From: a virus
Lineage: Duplodnaviria; Caudoviricetes
Strand: one strand, 5' to 3'
Virus record (IMG/VR): IMGVR_UViG_3300031998_000056
Span: 9,919-73,918 of that record
DNA: 64,000 bases
The translations under genes were made by a program, and so were the position numbers. This document shows, piece after piece, positions 9,143 to 18,157 of the stretch. Position 1 is the stretch's first letter. Each line of letters begins with the position of its first letter. Below the pieces are notes generated by a model that was given only the letters and a program-made list of their open reading frames with translations, was not told the origin of the DNA and did no database searches.

Positions 9143-9294
9143 TATCTAACGTGAATGTAATAACAATCGAACAGGCCGTTTGAATGATAGGTATTGCAAA
9201 CGTTATAGTTCGGGTCGTTCAGATAAGGCAAAGCCTCCTCATAATCAGAGGAGGTTGCCCATAGTTGGTTGTGGAGTTGTTCTTTGATGGTCAT
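9142..9294 (-). CDS. small hypothetical protein
   Basis: MTIKEQLHNQLW... 50 aa, operon orientation. Confidence 0.5.
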   Translation of the reverse strand: MTIKEQLHNQLWATSSDYEEALPYLNDPNYNVCNTYHSNGLFDCYYIHVR

Positions 9295-9305
9295 AACGTG
9301 ATAGT

Positions 9306-9515
9306 TTAAAATTCCACATCGTAAACACAATCGTTATCCGTAACCATCCAAGACGAACTATCGGGGTTAATCCCAAACTCGTCTGAATACATGAAGATGA
9401 AATCGTATGCGTCACACTTCCGTCCCAACATCTGTTTCAATTCCTCTTCCCTCTCTTTCGAAAGGTTTACCTTCGTCACGCAGCCGTTGCCGCAATCCAA
9501 AAACCAAATAGTCAT
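9306..9515 (-). CDS. small hypothetical protein
   Basis: 69-aa ORF in operon. Confidence 0.6.
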   Translation of the reverse strand: MTIWFLDCGNGCVTKVNLSKEREEELKQMLGRKCDAYDFIFMYSDEFGINPDSSSWMVTDNDCVYDVEF

Positions 9516-9535
9516 AATTGTAAGTGTTTAATGTG

Positions 9536-9727
9536 TTAATCTTCGTTTGCCATTCCCTCATCGAAGGCTTCCCAAATGTAACCAAAGATGGTTTCGGTCA
9601 AAACCTCCCACTCTTTGCTCATCTGCTCATCTTCGGAGATGTCGGTGGTCAAATCGAAATCGGGATACTTAATTCTCATTACCTCACAAGCCAATTCGTT
9701 GGCAAGTTCATTTAGTTTCTCTTCCAT
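9536..9727 (-). CDS. small acidic hypothetical protein
   Basis: 63-aa ORF in operon. Confidence 0.6.
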   Translation of the reverse strand: MEEKLNELANELACEVMRIKYPDFDLTTDISEDEQMSKEWEVLTETIFGYIWEAFDEGMANED

Positions 9728-9758
9728 ATTGTTTTTTAGTTTTAAGGGTTAGTACTTC

Positions 9759-9968
9759 TTACCGGATATACCAAATACTTTCGTGGTCTGCTGTTTCCAC
9801 TTTTAGAAGCCTTACACCATCCTCAATGCTTATTGAAGGGTTTATGGTCATACAGGCTGCGGTCGTGTCTACAAAACTTTGGCAAAAGTAATGTGGGTGT
9901 TCATCGTCATACTCATAGGTAATCTCGATGGTTTCTGTAATTGTTCTTTTGTGTTTCATAGCATCCAA
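9759..9968 (-). CDS. small hypothetical protein
   Basis: 69-aa ORF in operon. Confidence 0.55.
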   Translation of the reverse strand: MDAMKHKRTITETIEITYEYDDEHPHYFCQSFVDTTAACMTINPSISIEDGVRLLKVETADHESIWYIR

Positions 9969-10192
9969 AATATATCTTCTGCATCACCTTCTTCTAACCA
10001 CCATCCTTCGGGAAGGTCGTTTTCTTCTCCGAACTCCTCTAACAAGTCACAGATACCTTGTTCTATCTGTTCCCCGTCATGTGTCATGCTCAAAGGGCAT
10101 CTCATGCGGTCAATCTCATACAATGCCCTCGTTTCCTGTTCATCAGTCCACGTTCTATTGTCGCGGATGTAGTCTAATACTTCTTCGTTCAT
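9956..10192 (-). CDS. small acidic hypothetical protein
   Basis: 78-aa ORF preceded by the start-associated motif. Confidence 0.65.
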   Translation of the reverse strand: MNEEVLDYIRDNRTWTDEQETRALYEIDRMRCPLSMTHDGEQIEQGICDLLEEFGEENDLPEGWWLEEGDAEDIFWML

Positions 10193-10401
10193 AATGTGAT
10201 AAATTTATTAGGGTTAAACAAAAATTGTAGGCAGGGGTGCATCGAACACCCCTTGCGAGCCTTGGAACACTCAGTTACCTTAATACTTGATGTGTGTGTG
10301 CTTAATCATCATGTATACTGAAAAAACAAGGAATAAGCAATCAAGAATCATTAAAAGCCACAGCAGGGCTTTGATGTAGGTCGGTTGTTGGTCGTAGGTT
10401 T

Positions 10402-10656
10402 TCATGTCAATTCGGTTTTATATAACTCACTCCATGCGTAAATCGTTCTTGGGAACTTCTCATACGCCCACTCCGAAAATGGTTTGGCGTATTTATCTCT
10501 GTTCCATACAAAAAGGGAAATGTTCGATGTATAGATGTCGGAAATCCTGTACGCTGATTGCAACAGGCTACCTTCATAATCTCGGTTAGGTATGTATTCG
10601 GGATAACACCTTCGTATCCTTTCCATCTGCTTGATAATGTCTATAAACGATTTCAT
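10402..10656 (-). CDS. hypothetical protein
   Basis: ORF; likely start MKSFIDII. Confidence 0.6.
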   Translation of the reverse strand: MKSFIDIIKQMERIRRCYPEYIPNRDYEGSLLQSAYRISDIYTSNISLFVWNRDKYAKPFSEWAYEKFPRTIYAWSELYKTELT

Positions 10657-10658
10657 AA

Positions 10659-11027
10659 TCAATCCTCCTTGTTGATTTGATACCATGCTTCGTTAATCAT
10701 TTGAGCGAGATTTAACCACGCTCCAAATATATCCTCATCATCTGTGGGAAAAGGCTTGTACAGGGTTTCACTCACGCCTGTTTCGTAGTCATTAGAAACG
10801 CTTACCGAACCATACAGGCAATTGCGCACCTTGATACGATAACCTTTGTACGAATCCTCCACAAATGGGTTAATACGCAATACCTTTGAAAGGTACATCA
10901 CATAATTTGCGAAATCAAATGCAGTAATGTTCTCGCCATCAATGATGTCTAAACAATCATCCTGTAAGATTTCCGCTAACTCGGCCTCCATGCAGATGCC
11001 ACATTGGTTCATAACTTCTGTACTCAT
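10659..11027 (-). CDS. hypothetical protein
   Basis: ORF; likely start MSTEVMNQ. Confidence 0.6.
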   Translation of the reverse strand: MSTEVMNQCGICMEAELAEILQDDCLDIIDGENITAFDFANYVMYLSKVLRINPFVEDSYKGYRIKVRNCLYGSVSVSNDYETGVSETLYKPFPTDDEDIFGAWLNLAQMINEAWYQINKED

Positions 11028-11031
11028 AATC

Positions 11032-11295
11032 TTACTCAAAATAATAGATAAACACTTCATTCTCTTCCGAATCCCATACCTTTGCATTGTGTTTCCATCC
11101 GTCTAACTCTTCGTGCGAGAGAAGCGCATGGTGTGGCATCGGGAATTGGTAACTCTTGTTAAAGTCAAGCACAGAACACAAGTTCCAGCCTTTGTACACA
11201 ACTTTCAAGCCATCATTCTCGGCAAGAGCCGCAATAGCCCACATTTTGTCATACACGCATTGTGCAAGTTCATCTGAACAAAAATCATTTCTCAT
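11032..11295 (-). CDS. hypothetical protein
   Basis: Likely start MRNDFCSD, preceded by the start-associated motif. Confidence 0.65.
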   Translation of the reverse strand: MRNDFCSDELAQCVYDKMWAIAALAENDGLKVVYKGWNLCSVLDFNKSYQFPMPHHALLSHEELDGWKHNAKVWDSEENEVFIYYFE

Positions 11296-11440
11296 AATAG
11301 ATAAATTTTTAAGTGAAACAATAAATGTGTGGGCAGGGTGTACCTTGAAGCACCCTGTACCGCCAAATCGGATTTGCCCTACAAAAGAAAGCAGCCACCC
11401 CGTAAGGTGACTGCAATCAAATAGCATAAATGTGCGCGTG

Positions 11441-11686
11441 TTAGTGTTCGGCTGAATATCTCATACACCAACTCTCAAAAGATGAGATGTTCTTGAAACG
11501 CGGGTGTTTTGAAATAGTTTCTCCGTTGAGGGTTAATTTGCCAACAGATTCCCCGATAAACACATACTCATAAATGGTTGTATTGTTTGGTTTCCACAGG
11601 CCAACAACATCACCATTCTCTTTCCTGTCTAATTGCGCGTGTTTCATCCGAAAGATTGTGCCACGCGAATGTTTGTGTATGCCCAT
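11441..11686 (-). CDS. hypothetical protein with its own promoter
   Basis: MGIHKHSRG... 81 aa; TTTG-N19-TACCTTTG at 11705-11735. Confidence 0.6.
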   Translation of the reverse strand: MGIHKHSRGTIFRMKHAQLDRKENGDVVGLWKPNNTTIYEYVFIGESVGKLTLNGETISKHPRFKNISSFESWCMRYSAEH

Positions 11687-11757
11687 AACAGATAAATTTG
11701 GATGCAAAGGTACAAAATATAAATGAAATGCCAAATAATTGGTATTATTTAACTCTG

Positions 11758-12088
11758 TTACTTTAGAACCTTCTTGCTGTCGCAGTGATAAGAATCCCCC
11801 GTTCCTGTTTCGGTGGTTCTGAAAACCTCATATACGTACTTCATAACCTATCTCTTAATCTAAACCATACATAACAAGCATCGCAATCGGGATTGATAGC
11901 TTTGTAACGGCAATCGCTACAAGTGCATTTCTGTTCTTTAATCATAGCCTTTAGAAAATTATGTGTAACACTCTTAATACTTCTCTATCTGACGGGATGA
12001 ACTTAACTCGCCCCATCCTGTAAAGTTTGTAACCAGCAGAGCGCAGGGTAATCTCCCCACGCTCCACCATGCGTTTAAGTTCGTTCAT
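11758..12088 (-). CDS. three tiny coupled ORFs (11951-12088, 11841-11945, 11758-11844)
   Basis: 45, 34 and 28 aa, closely spaced or overlapping; the middle one is Cys-rich (CTCSDC...CDAC). Confidence 0.4.
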
Positions 12089-12091
12089 AAC

Positions 12092-12367
12092 TCATCTGTC
12101 TATGTACAACAGGATTCTAACCAAATGGCCGTTTGTAAATTGGCTCTCTCCTTTGGATTCTCTGCGTAATAGTTTCGCGTAGTCGTAATAACGCCAACTT
12201 TCATAGATGGCCGTTATACCATTGCTATATGTCACGTTCAGCCTGTGAAAATCCTTTGGAGGGCGAATAGAAGCGAACTCCCTGCCGTCCATAGTCCTAA
12301 CTACGTGTTCCGTCTGCCCTTGTTCGAAATACTCGATAGCCCTTTTAATTGATGTAATGCGCTTCAT
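12092..12367 (-). CDS. hypothetical protein
   Basis: 91-aa ORF in operon. Confidence 0.6.
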   Translation of the reverse strand: MKRITSIKRAIEYFEQGQTEHVVRTMDGREFASIRPPKDFHRLNVTYSNGITAIYESWRYYDYAKLLRRESKGESQFTNGHLVRILLYIDR

Positions 12368-12370
12368 AAC

Positions 12371-12463
12371 TCAAACCTCCTTAATAAAGTGATACAAACC
12401 CTTGAAATAATAGATTGTGCCGATTATAACCAGCACAACCTCAAATGTAGTCAAACGTTCCAT
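12371..12463 (-). CDS. 30-aa hydrophobic peptide
   Basis: MERLTTFEVVLVIIGTIYYFKGLYHFIKEV fills the gap between coupled genes. Confidence 0.45.
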   Translation of the reverse strand: MERLTTFEVVLVIIGTIYYFKGLYHFIKEV

Positions 12464-12464
12464 G

Positions 12465-12803
12465 TTATTTCTCCTCTCCTAAATTACGCTGTGCAGTTTC
12501 TAAATTCGTGTACCAATTAACGTAATCCCATGCAGTTCCGTAGTGGTCTACGCAAAGGATATACAAATCCAGCATATCGGAGTAAGAGAATTTCAGTTCG
12601 AAATGTTCCTCCAAGAACTCCACATCACTCTGTGAGCAATCTGTTAAGTACCATTGATAGATTTCTGTGTAACTATCGCTCACCTCATCATAGAGGTTAA
12701 AACGACAATTTTCGTAAACACTTGAATCTTTCTCCACGATGTCATTGCAGAGAATCAACGAATTGTTCAGCCAATTGACGGCTACCTTGTAATTTGTGTA
12801 CAT
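12465..12803 (-). CDS. acidic hypothetical protein
   Basis: 112-aa ORF preceded by the start-associated motif. Confidence 0.7.
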   Translation of the reverse strand: MYTNYKVAVNWLNNSLILCNDIVEKDSSVYENCRFNLYDEVSDSYTEIYQWYLTDCSQSDVEFLEEHFELKFSYSDMLDLYILCVDHYGTAWDYVNWYTNLETAQRNLGEEK

Positions 12804-12954
12804 AATGATAAATTTTTGATGGTTAATAAATAAATGTGTTCCCCCATCCCAATTCGATTGCAGTCACTAAATGACAGATGGGGGAGAAATGATAAATATT
12901 GGTGGTTCTATACCTGCTATCTTCACAGACCACAGGCTGCGGTGTTACCAAATG

Positions 12955-13107
12955 TTATTTGTCCCTTTCGTATGTGTCAATGTAGCCGTTTATAACGTTC
13001 ACGAAATCAACGCCACATCGTTCATCGCGTAACATGATGAATAATGTATCTAACTCAGTCCTGTTTACGTTTAGGGAAATAATGTTCCCGTTCTTTGTGA
13101 TTGTCAT
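12955..13107 (-). CDS. small hypothetical protein, first gene of operon
   Basis: MTITKNGNIISL... 50 aa. Confidence 0.55.
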   Translation of the reverse strand: MTITKNGNIISLNVNRTELDTLFIMLRDERCGVDFVNVINGYIDTYERDK

Positions 13108-13383
13108 ATTAAAACCTCCTATAATTAAGTGAAACAAAATAGCAGGTTCGCCCAATTCGATTGTAGCACCCTTATATATAATAATGTGCAGCGAACCTTG
13201 TAAACTATGTGTAGAGCCTAACAACGCTTTCGCCTCTCTCTACTACGTTGCCTCTCTCTTTCCATCTCTCTTGTGTCAGCCTGTCAAAGAATCGCTCTTA
13301 GAGCCTCACGAAAACCTTTCACTTCCGTTCCCCTCGTTTAGCAATCCATTCAGCGGTGTATCCTTCGGGTGGGTTTCCGTTGG

Positions 13384-13415
13384 CAAAATTATAGATTTTA
13401 TTCTATACCTCCAAA
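13384..13415 (-). promoter_or_regulatory. promoter of the second leftward operon
   Basis: TTTG-N20-TAATTTTG. Confidence 0.7.
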
Positions 13416-13510
13416 TATTTTGATAGAATTTATTCGATATTTAATATTATTTCACAAATATAGAGCAAGTTTTAAATAATGCTAACAAAAATAGAATAGT
13501 TTCTATAAAA

Positions 13511-13542
13511 TTTGGTGGTTTGTGGAATTGTTCTTACCTTTG
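13511..13542 (+). promoter_or_regulatory. promoter of the HTH gene
   Basis: TTTG-N20-TACCTTTG. Confidence 0.7.
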
Positions 13543-13562
13543 CGCCATAAAACCAAATCTAT

Positions 13563-13820
13563 ATGGATTTAAAGAAAACAATAAAAGCAAAGGGGTGGAC
13601 TTACGCTGAGTTAGCGGAGAAGATGGGAATCACGCAGCCCTCTTTAACATCCCTTGTTAATGGAAACCCTACGTTGGCTAAATTAAAGTCAATGGCGGAT
13701 GCGATGGGCATAACGTTATCGGAGTTACTCGCGGATGATGGAGAGGCGATAATAACTTGCCCACATTGCGGAAAAGAGATACCTATAAAGGTAACTCCTG
13801 TATCAAATGAGGAAGGGTGA
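13563..13820 (+). CDS. XRE-family HTH regulator with C-terminal CPHCG Zn ribbon
   Basis: WTYAELAEKMGITQPSLTSLVNGNPTL...ITCPHCGKEI. Confidence 0.9.
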   Translation: MDLKKTIKAKGWTYAELAEKMGITQPSLTSLVNGNPTLAKLKSMADAMGITLSELLADDGEAIITCPHCGKEIPIKVTPVSNEEG

Positions 13821-13902
13821 ATTAAAATTTCTCCCTTCTTTTTTTGTCTATTCAGATTATATTCGTAAATTTGCAGCCTGTAAAAACCTAAAACTAAATG
13901 AC

Positions 13903-14076
13903 ATGAAGAAACTAACGTTTAAAAGAATTTACGCAATTATCCTCCTAATTGTGTTCATCGTCTATGGATGGCTGTATCTAAAGGAAAACCGATACAAACA
14001 AATAAATGACAGTTATGCCATGTTTGATACCTGGACTTCAACATTTCAATCGGCAGAAAATTTCTTAGAAGAATAA
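13903..14076 (+). CDS. small membrane protein
   Basis: MKKLTFKRIYAIILLIVFIVYGWLYL; TAAATTTG box at 13866-13873. Confidence 0.6.
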   Translation: MKKLTFKRIYAIILLIVFIVYGWLYLKENRYKQINDSYAMFDTWTSTFQSAENFLEE

Positions 14077-14080
14077 CCAA

Positions 14081-14680
14081 ATGGCGTACAAAGAAAATAA
14101 TCGGAGCTGTCTGTGGACATTTTTGTTGATGGCAGTTGTTGTTGCTGGTTGCGTGTTCCTCAATTTACAATGTGAAAAATGGGGTAAAGAGTACCTTGTT
14201 ATAGAAACAGGGTTTATACATTCAACAGGCAATAAAGACAAATGCAGATTCATCGCTCAGGCAAAAGAGAAAGGCTACGTAATTGGCCGTATAGATAAGA
14301 GCGAGGCAGCATCGCAGGGCATGAAAATATGTCAATGGTGTTATACGGCTGAAGAGGTAGAAAAGTATAACGAAGATGTGTTCAAGAGGAAAATGAGGAA
14401 AATGCACTTAGATGATTGGTTAGAGTGGTTCCACTTTGCGCGTGATAAGAATCTGAAGGAACACGAATTATATGTATATTTAGAAGAATCAGGAAAGATG
14501 CATATAGATGGGAGTTGCTATCACATGAAAGGCAGCCCAACAAGAGTGCGATTTGATAATGTTACACAGATGGAAACAGCCTGTGAGTATTGTGTGAGCA
14601 GAAGGTATGTTGATTTCATATACAAAGCCGTCTATGAAGGAATACTCGACCCAGCACAGATAAAAGAAGAGGACTACTAA
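14081..14680 (+). CDS. membrane-anchored protein with two H..C..CxxC motifs
   Basis: N-terminal TM; HSTGNKDKC...CQWC and HIDGSC...CEYC. Confidence 0.75.
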   Translation: MAYKENNRSCLWTFLLMAVVVAGCVFLNLQCEKWGKEYLVIETGFIHSTGNKDKCRFIAQAKEKGYVIGRIDKSEAASQGMKICQWCYTAEEVEKYNEDVFKRKMRKMHLDDWLEWFHFARDKNLKEHELYVYLEESGKMHIDGSCYHMKGSPTRVRFDNVTQMETACEYCVSRRYVDFIYKAVYEGILDPAQIKEEDY

Positions 14681-15329
14681 AGAGAAAATAATTCTACTGA
14701 ACAGGAGGATGGCAGAACGTTATCCTCTTTTTTGTACATATATGTAGATAATCATACTAAATTCATCGACTTTTTTACAAATCTTCACAAATTAGCCCCA
14801 AACAGGCCGAAAAACACACCCAAAATAGCCCCAAATGAAAAATCCCGACAAAATGACTTTATACGCCCTAACGGACAAATGAAACTAAAAGATTGATAAT
14901 TAAAGGCTTCCGAAATATTGACAAAAGTAAAAGAATAGGACAAGAGGAAAGACGATAAAGGAGAAATAGAACATAAGGGGAGAAATGGAACATTTTTGGC
15001 CATCTCGCACCTCAAAGGGGCGTTAAAGTTTGTTAAGCGCTCCGACACAAGGAAAAAGCATTTCAAAACGCCCTTATCTTTGTGCGCAAATAAAGGCGGC
15101 AAGAGGCGAAATAAAGGCCGTAGGGCGCGATACAGGATGCAAGCTGATTAGTTGCCCGATGAAGCCAAAAAAGCCCGTCAAAACGCCTGTGAATGAAACT
15201 TAATGGAAGGTGTATGATTGTCAAAAGTTTTCTGAAAATATGCAGATTTAACGTTTCGGGCGTATAAATATGCAAGAAGGCGTGATTGTACAGCTATTAT
15301 GATAAATAGAAGGTTAAAATGTCAAATAT

Positions 15330-16076
15330 ATGGAAAAGTTCTTTAACATTCACGATTTAGGTCTTGGGCGAGGTACAGGAAGCCCAAGGGAGTTACTTGG
15401 TGCAGGGTTGATTTCAGAGCCAAAGGGATGGCTAAATTACGCTCTCGCTGGTGTCGGCTTGGCATCATCCATCATTGGAGGGATAAAGGCTTCAGAGGCA
15501 GCGAAAAAGGCCGAGAGGAGGCAAAGACAGAGAGAAGCCGAAGAGAATGCGTGGTACACTCGCAGATACAATGAAGATTACATCGACACCGCAGCAGGGC
15601 AGAACCTTGTTAGACGGGCAAAAGAGTTCGCCAAGAGCAATTGGAAGAAGGCACAGGGCGCACAGGCCGTTGCAGGGGGCACAGATGCGGCCACAGCGAT
15701 GGCAAAGGATGCAGGGAACAAGATGGTTGGCGAAACCTTGGCAAATGTAGCCGCAACCGACCAAAGCCGCAAAGCCCAAGTGGACGCGATGCACCGCCAA
15801 GCACAGGAGCAGTACGCACAGATGGATATGAACAGGGAAGTACAGAGGGCTAACGCTATTACACAGGCCGCACAGGGAGCATCTAACGCTATGATGACGG
15901 GTGCTGTGCTGTTGGATGATGGTTCTAACCTCGTTGGTGGGAGTAATAAAGGTACGGAAACGACCACAACAGCCTCCACGACAGGCAATCCTAACGCCAC
16001 GACAACGCCCGTTGGTGCGCCAGCGTACTATCGAGCAGACGGAACGCCTGTGTTCACGAACAGGGGAACGACTTGA
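15330..16076 (+). CDS. DNA ejection/pilot protein (P22 gp7-like)
   Basis: AGVGLASSIIGGIKASEAAKK hydrophobic Gly/Ala segment followed by an Ala/Gln coiled coil. Confidence 0.6.
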   Translation: MEKFFNIHDLGLGRGTGSPRELLGAGLISEPKGWLNYALAGVGLASSIIGGIKASEAAKKAERRQRQREAEENAWYTRRYNEDYIDTAAGQNLVRRAKEFAKSNWKKAQGAQAVAGGTDAATAMAKDAGNKMVGETLANVAATDQSRKAQVDAMHRQAQEQYAQMDMNREVQRANAITQAAQGASNAMMTGAVLLDDGSNLVGGSNKGTETTTTASTTGNPNATTTPVGAPAYYRADGTPVFTNRGTT

Positions 16077-16228
16077 TGGGTGCGTGTGGGGTGTGTCCGA
16101 GGGGGTGGGGGTATTTACCACCCGAACAAGGTACAGCAGAAAAGGACACAGATAGATTTCTCGACCCCCCGGGGCTATAGTTACCCTCTTAGTAACATGG
16201 GTTAAGTATATGAAAAAGTTTTTCAGTT

Positions 16229-16717
16229 ATGTTAGAGCAGATTAAGAACGTGATTGTAGGTATAATTTTGAGTGTTATCGCCTACTTAAAGCCGATTGAG
16301 GGGGAGTTATGGAGTTTATTCTTGATATTCTTCCTAAATTTCCTGTTTGGTTACTTATCAGGTATGATTGCCAATGGTGAGGAGTGGAACAACAGAAAAG
16401 CTTTAAGGTGTGTGGGTGAGGCCACGGTGTTTTTCGTGTTGTGTACTGCCATTTATGCTATAGGTAAGTTGAAGGGCCAGATGGGAGGTGCGGTTCAGTG
16501 TGTGAGTTTTGTGACTTACGTAGTTATTTATTTTTATGGGATAAATATACTCAGGAACTGCAAGAAGATTTTCAAGGAGCAGACGGCTCCCTGGCATGTA
16601 GTCAGTTGGTTGTATTATGTTTTGAGGTTCAAGTTCATTGAGAAGATACCTTTCTTGAGTGATTATTTGAACTTGAAGCAAAGTGACGAAAAGGTTTCAG
16701 CAAAGGAAGAAGAGTAG
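16229..16717 (+). CDS. holin
   Basis: Multiple TM helices, immediately upstream of the amidase. Confidence 0.75.
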   Translation: MLEQIKNVIVGIILSVIAYLKPIEGELWSLFLIFFLNFLFGYLSGMIANGEEWNNRKALRCVGEATVFFVLCTAIYAIGKLKGQMGGAVQCVSFVTYVVIYFYGINILRNCKKIFKEQTAPWHVVSWLYYVLRFKFIEKIPFLSDYLNLKQSDEKVSAKEEE

Positions 16718-16843
16718 TATGGTTTTCTTTTCATATAGTTTTTTGGTTAATAGTAAGTTTATTGGATCATGCGCCCGTTGTGGCTGTGAAGTTATGACGG
16801 GCCGTTTCTAAATGTAAAAATGTAGAAATGTAAGAATGTAAAA

Positions 16844-17488
16844 ATGGATAGGAGGGATAAATTAGTTATCTTAGGTACTGCTCACAGGTTAAGGGAATCT
16901 GGGAAGCAGAGTCCTGATGGTCTTTTAAGGGAGTGTGTGTACTCAAGGGAGATAATCTCTGAGTTGAAACCTAAACTTGAGAGTTATGGGCTTGAGGTTT
17001 TAATTGATTTGGAGGATTTGGACTTGCCGAAGAGTATGCAGACGCCGAGTGCTAAGTTAGAGAGACAGAGGGAGCTTGGTTTGAGAGTTAACGTAGTGAA
17101 TAGTCTATGTAAGGACTATGGTAAGGATAACTGTTTATACGTTTCTATTCATTGTAACGCCTCTTCTGGGGATGGGAACTGGCACAACCCACATGGCTGG
17201 GGGGTGTATGTCTCTCCTCAAGCAGGGAGGAAGAGTAGGATATTAGCCAATTGTTTAGCTGAAGAAGCTTATAAGCATAACTTATATGTCAGACAACCTT
17301 TGAGAGAACAACTTTATTGGGAGCAGTCTATTTATGTTTTAAATAGAACGTATTGTCCGGCTGTTTTGACTGAGAATCTTTTTCAAGATAATAAGAAAGA
17401 CGTTGAGTATCTTTTAAGTGATGAGGGGAGGCACAATATTACTCGACTTCACGTAGAAGGGATACTTCGATATGTCGAGGGACTTTAA
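16844..17488 (+). CDS. N-acetylmuramoyl-L-alanine amidase (Amidase_3 endolysin)
   Basis: GTAH...E, VSIHCNA, PAVLTENLF motifs. Confidence 0.9.
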   Translation: MDRRDKLVILGTAHRLRESGKQSPDGLLRECVYSREIISELKPKLESYGLEVLIDLEDLDLPKSMQTPSAKLERQRELGLRVNVVNSLCKDYGKDNCLYVSIHCNASSGDGNWHNPHGWGVYVSPQAGRKSRILANCLAEEAYKHNLYVRQPLREQLYWEQSIYVLNRTYCPAVLTENLFQDNKKDVEYLLSDEGRHNITRLHVEGILRYVEGL

Positions 17489-17514
17489 ACTTTAACCTTT
17501 GAACTTTGAACTTT

Positions 17515-17715
17515 ATGAAGAAAGACGAAGAACTGATCGAGCATTGGATGTTACTTGCGAGTGCGGTTTTTACCGCAGAGGACAGGTTAAGGGAAGAGTG
17601 GAGACCGAAACTCTTGGCCGCTGTAGATGGTGGAGAGGAGTTAAAGACCTTCACCGCACAAGCTTATTTAAGGGCAATAGCAAAAGAAATAATATCTATT
17701 GGAGATGGAAAATGA
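17515..17715 (+). CDS. small hypothetical protein
   Basis: ATG at 17515 after heptamer repeats. Confidence 0.6.
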   Translation: MKKDEELIEHWMLLASAVFTAEDRLREEWRPKLLAAVDGGEELKTFTAQAYLRAIAKEIISIGDGK

Positions 17716-18157
17716 AGAGATATTTGAGCGGAGCTTCGACAGGCTTCTCTATGTAGGGATAGCGGTAGTTATCGGGATTGTCTTTTGTATCTTATTGAGT
17801 TCGTGTAAGACCCAATACGTACCCGTAGAGACGATTAAAACCGAGTATATCACTAATACCGTTCATGATTCAGTCTACTTTGAGACGATAAAGAACGATT
17901 CCATAGTCATTAGGGAAAAGGGAGATACCATCTTTGTAGATAGGTGGCACACTTTATATCAAGACCGATGGAGGGAGAGATTAGTGACCGATACTCTGAT
18001 TAAGGTAGATTCCATACAGGTTCCCTATCCTGTGGAGAAGAAATTATCCTTTTGGGAGAAAGCGAGATATACATCATTAGGGATGGTGTGTTCTGTGATT
18101 CTTTTAGGGATTGTAGGAATAGCTTTATGGATTAGACGAAGATATAAGAGACTATGA
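17699..18157 (+). CDS. spanin-like lipoprotein
   Basis: N-terminal hydrophobic segment ending LLSSC and a C-terminal TM; located in the lysis cassette. Confidence 0.6.
   Translation: MEMENEEIFERSFDRLLYVGIAVVIGIVFCILLSSCKTQYVPVETIKTEYITNTVHDSVYFETIKNDSIVIREKGDTIFVDRWHTLYQDRWRERLVTDTLIKVDSIQVPYPVEKKLSFWEKARYTSLGMVCSVILLGIVGIALWIRRRYKRL

Noticed and set aside
12035-12066. GAGCG...CGCTC hairpin as another T-loop element
   Set aside because: Lies inside the 45-aa ORF 11951-12088 and has no T-loop
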